DNA of 62,960 nucleotides, filler included, from Octopus bimaculoides (Eukaryota): the NCBI RefSeq assembly GCF_001194135.2. It is 8 parts of 7 records of this genome, joined end to end, with 100 filler letters (N's around TTAATTAATTAA, not from the genome) between each part and the next. Parts side by side here need not be neighbours in the genome. Positions count along the whole stretch, not along the records: positions 1 to 8,121 come from NC_068983.1; positions 8,222 to 19,694 come from NC_068989.1; 6 more parts are not named here. One strand, written 5' to 3'. The notes under the pieces are model-generated. The model made no database searches. It was not told the DNA's origin and was given only the letters and a program-made list of their open reading frames with translations. How positions within the stretch are numbered: the first letter of the stretch is position 1; every line of letters starts with the position of its first letter. Shown here in pieces: positions 1 through 11,520 of this stretch. The position numbers and the translations under genes are program-made.

Positions 1-17
1 TATATATATATATATAT

Positions 18-1168
18 GGCAAATAAGCAATAAGGATGTCTAGGTAGTGCATTACGGCCGTTTCAGGCGGCTCCATTTAATCGATCAATGCAAGCATTAC
101 ATCAATTTGAAATGCACCGACTTCCTCGATTGCATAAGACCATATAGGCTTTCAATATACAGGCTACTCCATTATAATTTTTTAGCAAATTTTTCATCAG
201 AATTAAAGAATAAAAGAATTACATTCTTATTGCTATTATTGTAGCAGAATGAACTTAGGGATAAAATATCCCAAGCCTACTATAATCTAGAGTGGCAGAA
301 TAGAATAACAATGAGGGTCAAGAAATGGTAATATAGCTAGATTCATCTTTCTCCTTGTCAAAATCAAACGACAATGCTGCTAGTATTCTACATACACTTA
401 GAATTAACACCACTGGGAATTGACAGTTAAGCTCTTGCTGCTGGTGATAAATTAATTAATGTCAGATACTCTTTCCCTAGCCTTATTTTACTGTTACTAT
501 AAATTCGCCGTGGTTATATAAAGGAGCATGCCTCAGAAGATGCCAGCAAGATAATGGTATATAACCAGAAAGAGGAATGGTAGGGGTGACTTAAACTATT
601 TTATTATTATTAGTTAAAAGGGGCCTAAACTAGATAACAATGGAGGGCACAATGAGATCTAAGTGGGCATTAAGGGTTCAGGGAAAAAATAATATATCCA
701 AATTTAGCAAAATTTATGTTATAATAAAATTTAAATAATTAAATTTAGAAAGGGATTTAAGGACAAAGTAAGAGAAGAAGGATAGATAAACCAATCTAAG
801 CCCTAAAAAGTGGAGTACTTTATATAACGTAGAAACCCCATAATGCTTCATCCTAGCAAATTGTTAAGGTGGTCATGATAAAACTATTCAACAATGAACC
901 CATAATTAAATTCAGATTTTATCTGAGAAGGGGTACCCATTTTCTATTGACTGAAAACCAAACATTAGTAGGAAAAGAAATAAGATAATCAATTCTATAA
1001 CTGATAAACTTATTCAAAAAACCTTGGGAAAATATAATTATATAAAAAACAAAAAAAGGAAGGTGGTGTATTTCAAATTGATGTAATGCCTGCATAGATC
1101 GATTAAATGGAGTCGCCTGAAACGGCCGTATTGAACGAATACCTTGACATCCTTGTTACTTACTTGCC
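18..1168. repeat. ~100-bp inverted repeat pair (arms 18-118 and 1065-1168) around ~950 bp
   Basis: The reverse complement of 1065-1168 (ggcaagtaagtaacaaggatgtcaaggt...tacggccgtttcaggcgactccatttaatcgatctatgcaggcattacatcaatttgaaatacacc) aligns with 18-118 with only scattered mismatches and one small indel. Confidence 0.9.
18..1168 (-). mobile_element. Heavily decayed Penelope-like element (RT thumb/GIY-YIG remnant) with an inverted pseudo-LTR
   Basis: Minus-strand remnants ENGYPFSDKI (PLE thumb NGYP motif, ~920-950) and LVIYHY...LLYITTANLIVTVK (resembles GIY-YIG VVY...YIG.T.R.L, ~470-570) lie between inverted arms. Many stops are present, so the call is tentative. Confidence 0.4.
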
Positions 1169-2049
1169 TTTTATTCACCTAACTTCGAGCTGTGTGGACA
1201 ATACCGGACTGATTTTGTGCCTCAACTTAAGTGCCTATTTCAAATGAATTTCAATTATTTCTTAGCGTGAAATTACCATAATAGTTTTGACTTTAAGAGT
1301 CCCTCCTAGTGTGAGGCATTTATGTATAGTAATAATTAATAAATTTTTCCCTTATGAAGTTTTTCACGCTAACTACTTGATAAATTCTTATAAAGATTTT
1401 ATCATATTTTTAAAGAAAAAAAAGCAAGGATAGAGATAATAAAGGAAAGTGTACCAGTTAGTGGTCAGTCCAGATAACTTGAAAGTAGGAATGGGGAGAT
1501 AATGGTGATAGAGAGATAAAAGTATTAGTGTGTAAAAAGATAGAAGGAATGGGGGGGGGTGATAGAGAAAGAGGTATAAAAAGTAAAGGAGTGTCAATTG
1601 TGTAGTGATAGAGTCTGAGTGAAGGGGCAGAGAGAGGGGTAGTAGTAGTATGTAATGAAGAATTTAAGAATTTAGGTGGTTGGACAGGTCAGTGCTTAGT
1701 AGTAGAAGAGTATATATATGTGAAGATGTATACATATGTATATATTAGACATGTATATATATTTTTATACAGGTGTTTATATATATATCAATATCTACAT
1801 ATACAACTCGTACTCGTATGCATATGCATACATACGTACTTATATATACGTTTATCTGCATGTATTATCGCCCCTGTACATGCAGGTATATATATCTTGC
1901 ATACATACATATATACATTTACACATAAACACATACATACGTACATACATACACGCATACACACACATACATATACACGCATATATGCATGGATGCACAT
2001 ACACACGAATATAATTAGATGGTTGTGATATTCGAATATGAGTGAGGAA

Positions 2050-3700
2050 TTAGATAGGGATTAGGAGTTAAAATGTACATTTATAAGGTTATTGGGATTA
2101 CCTAAGGGGTATTGCGGAAATGTACTGAATGGTCGTTTAGGCCTTTGGATTTGTGGTAGAATTTGAATGTGTGAAAAAAGCAGTGGTTGCATGTGCTTAG
2201 TGCCTCATTATGTTTATTTAGTAGTGCTGGAGAATTGTGCTTTAATATGTGAAGTGCCTCCTTCAGGCAAAATTTGCAGGTTGAGCGTTGACCTCAGCAG
2301 GGAAGCCCTGAGTCCAGTATGGGCCAATATAGATTATAGGGTATATTTGTATTTTTGAGATGGCGAGTGTTGTAGATTTACTGTATTTATCGTATCTAAA
2401 AGATTGGAGGTGAGCGACATATCGTTGCTTTTTGGTTGATCCTATGTATATGGCTGCAGAGTTGTGTAATAGATTAAGGACAGTGCGTTTGTAAATTACA
2501 TTGTATCTTCTGCAATGGGTTTGTAACGGGTAGATGGTTCCAGGACGGCAATTACAATTAGGTGAATTTTGGGGACTGTGTTCAGTAATAGAGGAGATAA
2601 TATCGTCAGAGGAGAGGTTATAGAAGGGGTAGAAAATTCTATATTATTAGTATCATTAATGTTATCATTACTATTATTGCTATTATTACTATTGTTGTTA
2701 TTAATTGTACTAATTGTAAAGGTGGTAGAGGTTGTGGTGGTGTTCCAGGCAGTGTCAGTAGGATGGGTTGGGTTGTGGTTGCGGTCTAATGTAAAAGTAT
2801 CTGTGCTGGAGCTGTGTGTGTGTTGAGTGTTCGTATTACTAGAGCTGTAGTTATGTGAGTTTTTATAGTAAAGAGAGAGCTTTTGTTTATTAGAGGCAGC
2901 TACAATAGATTCGAAGTTGGGTGAGGTAGAAGAAGATAGTTTCAGGGTAGATCGGTTAAAGATAGAATGATATTTATGTTGCCGAGGGAAGTTTGAGTCT
3001 AGTATCTTAAAGAAGGATTTAGCTAAGTTCTTAACGTTAAGTGAGAATGGGGGTGTGTAGCACAGAATAGAGTGTCCGCCACTTTTTTAGGGGGTCTGGG
3101 AGTAGTGCTATCTAATATTTTAGATAAAGGAGTGCTGTCTATATATTTGGGGAAGGTATGTGGGCGGTGAGGCCTGTTGTTACCTGTTTTAGTTGTTTTC
3201 GTTTTTTACCTAGTGTTAAATGAATGTGTGTGGGAGTCTAGGTTGCCAAGGTTTAAGACCTTCCAGGGTTCCATCGACGAGTGTGTGTGTGGTAGGTTGC
3301 AATTGTGATGGTTGGTGCGTGTTTGAGATGTGATTTTAGATATGCATTGTTTGAGCCTGGTGTTATGGATGTATTCTATTTGTTTGGGAAAAGCCGCTAG
3401 CGGCGAGTGCTTGATTATAATATGGTGTGTGATTATTGAAAATTTCTTCAGTGGAAGAGAGGTCGGATATGCAGGTCGAGATGCCCTTGATTATGTTATC
3501 GAAAGTGGATTTGTAGTGATTGGAGTGGATGTTAAGGTATTTAAGGTATTGGTTAGGTTTGTGGTAATGAGAGTATTGGTAGGTTGATAAGTTTAAATAT
3601 GCCTCAAGAAAGTTAGCAGTTTTGTGAGCGTTCTCGAATGTGATAGATACGTTTAGTGGTCATCTCTCTTATATGTATGTAATATAATTTTTCTGAATCT
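2050..3700 (-). mobile_element. 5'-truncated Penelope-like retroelement, Naiad/Chlamys-type RT thumb + linker + C-terminal GIY-YIG endonuclease (pseudogenised)
   Basis: Minus-strand translation gives FLEAYLNL..YHKPNQYLKYLNIHSNH..IIKGISTCISDLSSTEEIFNNHTPYYNQALAASG; YTPPFSLNVKNLAKSFFKILDSNFPRQHKYHSIFNRSTLKLS; CNCRPGTIYPL...CRRYNVIYK...AIYIGST..RYVAHLQSF...STTLA; CKFCLKEALHIL...LLNKHNEALSTCNH. It contains stops and frameshifts. Confidence 0.85.
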
Positions 3701-4399
3701 TCAAGTTTTTCAATATGCTAGGCCACTAGTTTTAAATTGATATTAATCAAATTAATATTCAATTTTTCACCCTTATTATTTAAATTTATATATATATATA
3801 TATACCTTATGGATTAGAAAAAGAAGATATATGTGCGCATATGTATGCATGCATATATATCTGCGTGTGTGTGTATGTGTGTTTCCCTGTATGTGTGTTT
3901 CCCTGTATGTGTGTACGTGTATGTATGTATGTATGTATGTATGTATGTATGCATGCGTATATGGAATAAGCTCCGAGTAGGTCTGTAGAAGCAATAGTTC
4001 AAATAAGGACTTAATACATAATTTTGCTGAGTGTATATTTTCTATTTAGAAAGATGGCCTATTGAGAGAGAGTTCATGCGTTTTACAAGCATATCATAGA
4101 CACAGCCAATAAAGGCCCGACATCCTCGAAGATGGCCGATCTCATACCATGCTCAGTTATTCTTGTTCCATTCGTCTCTCCTCCTCTAATCACTCTTGTT
4201 GTGTCTTCCCCTACCCAGACCCACACTGATCAATACGCTCAACGCTTCCAGGAAAGTAATCATTCTTGAATTTCTTTTTGAATTTCTTACCCATAGCTTC
4301 AAGAAGAACATTTATGGCATCAATCTCACTAGTCTAGGAGACCCTTTTGATCCTTAATCCAGACCCAGCAATTACAAAAAGAACTGCACATAGGACTGA

Positions 4400-5990
4400 T
4401 TTCTTTATTAGGCATAAAGCCCTAAACATAGATGGGGACACCACAAGGACAGACAAGACCACAGTGGGGACAAAAAACATAAAACGAATGTAAATGAAAT
4501 GATAGTTATATAAAAATGAAAAAAATTAAAATGGACGCATGGGCCCCACTTCCATTCAGTACCATTTGAACCGTTATATGTACTATTTACAATTGTTCTT
4601 TTTTTTCTTAATTTCATACATTTTACTTGTCTTTAGTAAAACTTCATTAGTGGTTCGATTTCTCTTAACTCCACCACTGGTGGCAACTCTTTAAATTCCA
4701 CCTCCACTCCTGGCGGGTCAACGTTATCTCCATACATCTCTTTCAATTTTCTATAGTTTTCCTCCTCGATTACTTTTGCCTTTATATCCTCCGCGTAGAC
4801 GTATGGAGGCACCTTTACTTTTACAATTGAATGTAACTTGATCATTTTTTTCTCCGTTTCAACATTTTTGGGGTACATTACATAATACCATACTCCTTTT
4901 CCTCCTTGTATCTTCTTTCCTTTCTCTTGGACTTTTAGTTCTCTCTTTTTTTCCTCCATAAATAGTCTCTCCATCTTACCTTCATACAGTTGGGTTTCCG
5001 ACACTTTCTCCACTGGTAACTCCACTTTCTTTTTACTTTCTTTTTCCTTCTTTCTGCCCTCCTTCACAGTTCCCTTTCTCACCTCGTCTCTCTTCTTCTT
5101 CTGCTTGTCTGGCGGAGAACTCATTCCTCCGCTCCTCCCACTTTTCCTTTTAACCATGATGAATCCCTTCTCCGCTTCCTTCTCTGTTTCTTCTTCTGTT
5201 TCTTTTTCTGTTGCCTTGTCCTGTCCTACCTGGTCCACACTCTCCTGTCTCTCCTCCTGTTCTGTTTGTGGCTTTCTTTGAGTGCACCATGCCTTCATGT
5301 GGCCCCTTTCTCCGCATGTGAAACACACTGACGGCCTTCCTCCACAGTAACTCTCAGTCTCACATCTTCTGGGAGCACAATCTCCTCCACCACGCTGTTC
5401 GAATCCTCTGTTGTTGCCTGAATTGTTAATTCGATCCCATATCCCCAGTAATCTACCTTCCGGGTCCTTGTAGCCTTCAGCATCTTCCCGTCTTTCATGT
5501 TGTACGTTATGGCTGTCATCAGCCATTCTTATTTCAGTTCGGGTGGCACCTTACCCTCTCGCACCTTGGCCACACGTTTGCCACAGTACGAAGGCAAGAG
5601 CACCCATTCGTCTGTCCTTATTGCCTCTGTGGAATGCTTTATTGCTTGCTCCTCCGTTGTGAAGCGCACCTCCACAGTGGCGTATCTTCTCCCTCTCGTA
5701 ATATAGGTAGTAAATCTTTTTATATTATTCACACATTCTTCTATGGCCTCTATTGGTGCTATTTCTATCTTTCTCGCGGCTGCTTTCATAGTTTTGAAAA
5801 TAACTGTTCTTTTTGTCACGTTGGCCGATAGTTCTTCCGGCGGTGTCAGCTTCAAAATGTTTCCTTCCTTCGGGATTAGTTTCTCGCTCTCCTTCATTTT
5901 TCTAGGCTCCACTTTTATCTCGCGGACCTCCAACTCACACGCGACAACTCCACATCAGACTGTTGGTGATTTTTTTCTTTCTGAAGCTGC
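4400..5990 (-). mobile_element. L1/Tx1-like non-LTR element carrying ORF1 and a short 3' UTR with AATAAA; no ORF2 seen
   Basis: ORF1 homology to the element at 33686-35390. The ORF1 stop at 4633 is followed ~225 bp later by AATAAA (minus strand, 4404-4409), with no APE/RT motifs in between. Confidence 0.7.
4633..5933 (-). pseudogene. LINE ORF1 (gag-like) with CCHC zinc knuckle CFTCGERGHMKAWC, Lys/Glu-rich linker and C-terminal domain; one stop and one frameshift
   Basis: The frame of ORF 5529..5933 continues past TAA (5529-5531) into EWLMTAITY...RVTVE. A 1-nt frameshift near 5335 restores VTVEGRPSVCFTCGERGH in the frame of ORF 4633..5526, which stays open to 4633. Confidence 0.8.
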
Positions 5991-6574
5991 TGGCAGCAAA
6001 GCTATCGCTATAATAAAGAGAACTTCTTTACCAAATGGTGGGCTTATACGAATCTGCTCTTACGATCAACGTGACATCCAGAGGCATATGGACAATATGT
6101 TTTCTTGGCCTATCTAAAGTATGCCTATTTCTGTTTCAAGACAGCTAACACGTCGATTCTTCTCAGGTCAAAGCTATTATTAGATATCTTTCTAAGATGT
6201 CTAATATACAATATTCTACAAAATTAAAGGGATGCACGCTATTAAATAATTCCATGCTCACATGACTGAATCTGCTCTCCTAATCCATGCTGCCATTAAT
6301 CAAAGGGGAAATTCTTTCCAGGAAATTACTTCTTAGTTACTATCGCTTATCGAATTATATAATCAAGCAAAATCTAACAGCTTATTTAGTAGCTATTTAG
6401 CTATCGATAGATAAATATTCATGTTATCGAATCGAGTGAACCTTACTTTATGATTTCTTACCCTCTTTTAGAGATGATTTCGGATGTGTTACCTCAACTC
6501 GGCAAGATTAGTTGTTAACTCTTATTTTTAATTATGCATGAATGAAAACTCGTGATTATACAGTCGCATAATAT

Positions 6575-6665
6575 AATTAAAGGCAGCAAACGGCACAATC
6601 ATTAGCACACTGGACAAAGTGCTTAGCAGCATTTCTGCCGGCTTTACGTTCTGAGTTCAATCTCC
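6575..6665 (+). mobile_element. SINE family C, 5' head fragment
   Basis: aaggcagcaaacggcacaatcattagcac...ttacgttctgagttcaa matches the head of the copies at 42057 and 56281. Confidence 0.5.
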
Positions 6666-7672
6666 GCGTCTCTGTGTGTGTATGCGTGTATACGTCTGCA
6701 GCTTCGGATGGTTTTAAATTCAAGGGAAATCACCCACCCTGTGAATTCATAGAGTGACGTCCCTTGCACCATGTAAATTACTCATTAATTGACATGTTTG
6801 TAATTGCTTAGATTCGAAGTTTGTGATCTGACAAGGGCCATGAAAATGGCTCCACACTCTCAAGAGAAAATAGTTTATGAATAATCAATATGGGAATATG
6901 AATGTATTTAACTTTTTTATATTGTATAATTAGTTCTCTCTTTATTGNNNNNNNNNNNNNNNNNNNNNNNNNNNNNNNNNNNNNNNNNNNNNNNNNNNNN
7001 NNNNNNNNNNNNNNNNNNNNNNNNNNNNNNNNNNNNNNNNNNNNNNNNNNNNNNNNNNNNNNNNNNNNNNNNNNNNNNNNNNNNNNNNNNNNNNNNNNNN
7101 NNNNNNNNNNNNNNNNNNNNNNNNNNNNNNNNNNNNNNNNNNNNNNNNNNNNNNNNNNNNNNNNNNNNNNNNNNNNNNNNNNNNNNNNNNNNNNNNNNNN
7201 NNNNNNNNNNNNNNNNNNNNNNNNNNNNNNNNNNNNNNNNNNNNNNNNNNNNNNNNNNNNNNNNNNNNNNNNNNNNNNNNNNNNNNNNNNNNNNNNNNNN
7301 NNNNNNNNNNNNNNNNNNNNNNNNNNNNNNNNNNNNNNNNNNNNNNNNNNNNNNNNNNNNNNNNNNNNNNNNNNNNNNNNNNNNNNNNNNNNNNNNNNNN
7401 NNNNNNNNNNNNNNNNNNNNNNNNNNNNNNNNNNNNNNNNNNNNNNNNNNNNNNNNNNNNNNNNNNNNNNNNNNNNNNNNNNNNNNNNNNNNNNNNNNNN
7501 NNNNNNNNNNNNNNNNNNNNNNNNNNNNNNNNNNNNNNNNNNNNNNNNNNNNNNNNNNNNNNNNNNNNNNNNNNNNNNNNNNNNNNNNNNNNNNNNNGCG
7601 TTAATTTCTCGAACAGGCTGTTCCGTTGATCAGATCAACCGGAACACTAGTTTTGTAACCGACGTAATCAAT

Positions 7673-7706
<34 letters not shown>

Positions 7707-8121
7707 TTTCATCATCACTATAAATAAGTACCCGTTACGCTCAGTATAGATAATTCTACCACATTCTTAAAGTTTCATTAACATCAAATATTACATCCAA
7801 ACTTATTTCTTTCATGAAAAGTAATTTCCATGATTATCTCAGTTTGAGCGGAGATGTAAATGAGTTTTAGTAATTAGGGATATATTAAAATCCACGAGGT
7901 TAGAGGTTGGGAAGGACGTGGAGATTAGAAGATATAAGCTACCTCTTCGTACTGAAAAGTAAGTGAAAGTTGTCCCTCTGAGTACACGTCCATTTGGATC
8001 AGTTTTGTTTCTTGCCAAACCACTAAGCTACAGTGACATAAACAAGTCAAAACCGGTTGTCAAGCAGTGGTGGGGGACAAACACAAACACAACCACCCCC
8101 ATATATATATATATATATATA

Positions 8122-8221
8122 NNNNNNNNNNNNNNNNNNNNNNNNNNNNNNNNNNNNNNNNNNNNTTAATTAATTAANNNNNNNNNNNNNNNNNNNNNNN
8201 NNNNNNNNNNNNNNNNNNNNN
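8122..8221. other. 100-bp assembly linker N44-TTAATTAATTAA-N44 (TTAATTAATTAA also starts at 19739, 32061, 46584, 49309, 55351, 58596)
   Basis: The identical 12-mer has stops in all six frames and always sits inside N runs. Confidence 0.95.
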
Positions 8222-8580
8222 TACTGCTATTCTCCTGTCCCTCTACAGTCTTTGCTGTTATTCTACTGATTCTCTACTGCTATTCTACTGTCCCTCTATA
8301 GTCTTTGCTGCCATTCTACTGATTCTCTACTGCTATTCTCTTGTCCCTCTACAGTCTTTGCTGTTATTCTGCTGCCATTCTACTGATTCTCTACTGCTAT
8401 TCTCTTGTCCCTCTACAGTCTTTGCTGTTATTCTGCTGCCATTCTACTGATTCACTACTGCTATTCTCCTGTCCATCTACAGTCTTTGCTGTTATTCTGC
8501 TGCCATTCTACTGATTCTCTACTGCTCCTCTTCAGTCTTTGCTGTTATTCTGCTGATCCTCTGCTGCCATTCTACTGATT
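8222..8580. repeat. Minisatellite, ~6 copies of a ~55-65-bp unit (ctgctattctcttgtccctctacagtctttgctgttattctgctgccattctactgattctcta)
   Basis: Direct head-to-tail repetition is visible in the sequence. Confidence 0.85.
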
Positions 8581-8750
8581 CCCCCACCAACACTTGACAA
8601 CCGCTTTTGGTTTATGTCCCTGCAACTTATCAGTTCAGTAAATGAGGTCAATGGGGGATGCAGCAACCTTGAAAATGATAATTACTGGTGTTGATTTTTT
8701 AGACTAAATCCTTCAAGGCGGTGCACCAGCATGGCCACAGTCAAATGACT
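8581..8750 (+). mobile_element. SINE family A, 3' half
   Basis: accaacacttgacaaccg...aaggcggtgcaccagcatggccacagtcaaatgact is the reverse complement of the tail of the copy at 12825. Confidence 0.7.
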
Positions 8751-9539
8751 AAAAAAAAAAAATACAGATATATATTGAAAAGAGTGCTATAGCATCCCAT
8801 CACATGCGATATGTCTATCTAGTACTGTTTTGTTTTAGCGTGTGTCTCTTCCAACCGCATATAAACCTCGATATAGTTTCTGATCTCAATGCATTTTCTG
8901 ATTGCTTAGGCTGGGCTACATTTGTGCACCCGAAATTGGCTGCTGGTAGCCTGTGTGTATTGTGGGCATTGAGAAACCTTCTGTAATGTTTGTGTCATTG
9001 CTGTGATTGAGTAGTCGCAAGAAACTTCTTCTGTTCTGGCCCTTTTCTCTCATACTACTCCTTATTCTCCTACCACCACAAGATCCAGTCTCAATGACTC
9101 TAAGCTATTCAAGTGGAGCACAAGCTCCTGCCAGGGCCTTCCATACTGGACAAGTCAAAGGTTAAAAGGGCCAATTCCACTTAAGGTTCATAATCTTGCA
9201 AGCTGCATGGCATTCTCCCTTGTTCTGGTGGCACAAAACAAAAAAAAACACCCACTACATTGGTAAAGCATTGGGCATTAGGAAGAATATCCAGCCATAG
9301 AAGCCACGTCAAAGCAGACGCTGGAGCACAATGTAGTCCTTGGGCCTATCGGATCCTGTCATGTTCCTACAGTGTCATATGGATGTTGTTAATGAATGGA
9401 GTGAACAGGAGTTTCTCAAGCATTGTTTGTTGTTTACTCAAACAGCAACAACAATTGCAATTTTAAAAAAATGACTATTTCAAATACTTTTTAGAGGTAG
9501 TCATTGTTGTTTACCATCCCAAGATCCCATAATTTTTAT

Positions 9540-10040
9540 GGTGTGGAGGCTTGTGGGCCTCAGTGATCCTGAGAGGGATACCGGCAGAGCACAAGCTCCT
9601 GGTAGGGCCTCTCATGCTGGACACAGTCAAAAGACAGAGGCCAGACTTATATGGACCACCTCTTCCCAGAGGTAAAAACAGGTTTGCATAGGACCAACAC
9701 TTCTATGCAGAAAAAACCCCACAAAGCTACAGAAGCATTGATGACAAAACAAAACCAACAAGACTGGGGAGAGGAAGGCCTTCTTTCAGGGAATTAGGGA
9801 AACATATGAGATGATGAAAGGAAGAACAGGTCCTGAAGCACAAGTGGGGATGGATAGGCCATCCCTCAAGGGAAGCAACATCTTGCATTACATGTCAGGC
9901 CCTGACCTGACCTGACTTGGAACCCACAAGGGAAGTGGAACAAAGAATGATCTAAAAATAGCTGAAGGCAGGATACTAAGACAGAGCTGAAAAAGCAGGG
10001 ATCCAATTGAAGAGAAGCAGAAAAGACAGCCCTTAGTTGA
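9540..10040 (+). mobile_element. Internally deleted RTE-clade LINE (5' UTR-like segment fused to RT C-terminus)
   Basis: From ~9842 the plus strand reads KWGWIGHPSREATSCITCQALT..WNPQGKWNK, matching the RTE consensus KWRWIGH..R..ITRQAL.WNPQGKR. The upstream gagcacaagctcctggtagggcctctcatgctggac segment resembles RTE 5' UTRs. Confidence 0.7.
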
Positions 10041-10080
10041 AAACAAGGGAGAAGGGTCATTGATGGTGTTTGCTTTACAA

Positions 10081-10737
10081 CTGTGGTTCTCAAACGGGGG
10101 TCCATGCAAGCAAAATAGTAAACTGAGGATTCACTGTATTATTTTAAGGGCCCATGAAAAGATTTTTTACTAGATGTACTTATGTATTGCAGGAAACAGT
10201 TTGGTTTCTTTCTCTAATGCTTATATAATTTAAGTGGAGGCACAATGGCCCAATGGTTAGAGCAGTGGACTCGCGGTTTCAATTCCCAGGCGTTGTGAGT
10301 GTTTATTGAGCGAAAACACCTAAAGCTCCACGAGGCTCTGGCTGGGGATGGTGGCAAACCCTGTTGTACTCTTTCACCACAACTTTCTCTCTCACTCTTT
10401 CTTCCTGTTTCTCTTGTACCTGTAATTCAAAGGGCCGCCCTTGTCACACTCTGTGTTACGCTGAATCTCCCCAAGAACTACGTTAAGGGCACACGTGTCT
10501 GTGGAGTGTTCAGCCACTTGTATGTATAATTTCATGAACAGGCTGTTCCATTGATTGGATCAACTGGAACCCTTGCCGTCGTAACCAACGGAGTGCCACG
10601 ATATAATTTAATGTTTCCAGCCAAACCTACACAAATGAACATGTGGAAAAAATGGAAAATTTGAAAGAAGAATGTGTAAAACTAGCATAAAATAGTAATC
10701 AAAGGGGTCCACGGGCAAAAAATAGTTGAGAACCCTT
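10081..10737. mobile_element. hAT-like MITE interrupted by a SINE
   Basis: Degenerate termini ctgtggttctcaaac...gttgagaaccct resemble CAGTGGTTCTCAAAC-type hAT TIRs, with subterminal ggggtcca motifs at both ends. Confidence 0.55.
10233..10600 (+). mobile_element. tRNA-derived SINE family B (middle M1, tail T1)
   Basis: A-box tggcccaatggttag with a shortened B-box region. The tail is shared with the copy at 11521 and the middle with the copy at 12108. Confidence 0.8.
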
Positions 10738-10959
10738 TCTCTAAAAGGTGTGAGGGGTTTAGGTAAGGTAGTAAGAGTTGTTGTTGTTGCTTAGCTCCAG
10801 GTCAACACTGATAATGCAGAAGTGAGTGAACTGGATTGGCTTAAGTGAGATTAATGGAATTTAATGATGCTTTACATTAAACCTCCTCTCGCACAACCAT
10901 TGCAAACTAAGGAGTCAGAGCACTGTTGCTTGGCCTGCTACAAACAGATGTCAGACAGA

Positions 10960-11447
10960 ATTTGTTGAAGCAAACTTTTCTACAGCTGGATGCTCTTCCT
11001 GTCATCAACCTTCCCATTTCCAAGTAAGGCAATATTTTCCTTAAGACATGTTTTCCATGAAAGACTGGAAATGAACAACCCTCACTTGTATGATGACGAT
11101 GATGCTTATTTACGACTGTCACGTGATATCTAGACAAGGGGACACATAGACACAACACATACATTCATCATCATCATCGTTTAACGTCCGCTTTCCATGC
11201 TAGCATGGGTTGGACGATTTAACTGAGGACTGGTGAACCAGATGGCTACACCAGGCTCCAATCTGATTTGGCAGAGTTTCTACAGCTGGATGCCCTTCCT
11301 AACGCCAACCACTCAGAGAGTGTAGTGGGTGCTTTTACGTGCCACCGGCACGAAGGCCAGTCAGGCGGTACTGGCAACGGCCACACTCAAAATGGTGTAT
11401 TTTATGTGCCACCCGAACAAGAGCCAGTCCAGGGGCACTGGCATATC
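10960..11447 (-). mobile_element. Two adjacent SINE family D copies (RTE-type tail ending in (GAT)n; Ceph-domain-like core)
   Basis: The core ctacagctggatgcccttcctaacgccaaccac and the tail catcatcatcgtttaacgtccgctttccatgctagcatggg are the reverse complement of the copy at 45027-45243. Confidence 0.75.
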
Positions 11448-11520
11448 ATATATAGATATATGATATAGTATATCATAAACTAGATATACTATATCTAAAA
11501 ATTAAAAAAAATTTAAAATG

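Noticed and set aside
2160-2570. Selenocysteine recoding in the Naiad-type PLE
   Set aside because: The conserved cysteine positions I can align are TGT/TGC (one is TAC). The in-frame TGA at ~2296 does not fall on a conserved Cys and the copy has other lesions, so there is no evidence in this copy.
8222-8580. Regularly spaced repeats as a possible CRISPR array
   Set aside because: The units are head-to-tail with no unique spacers, there are no cas genes, and the context is eukaryotic. This is a minisatellite.
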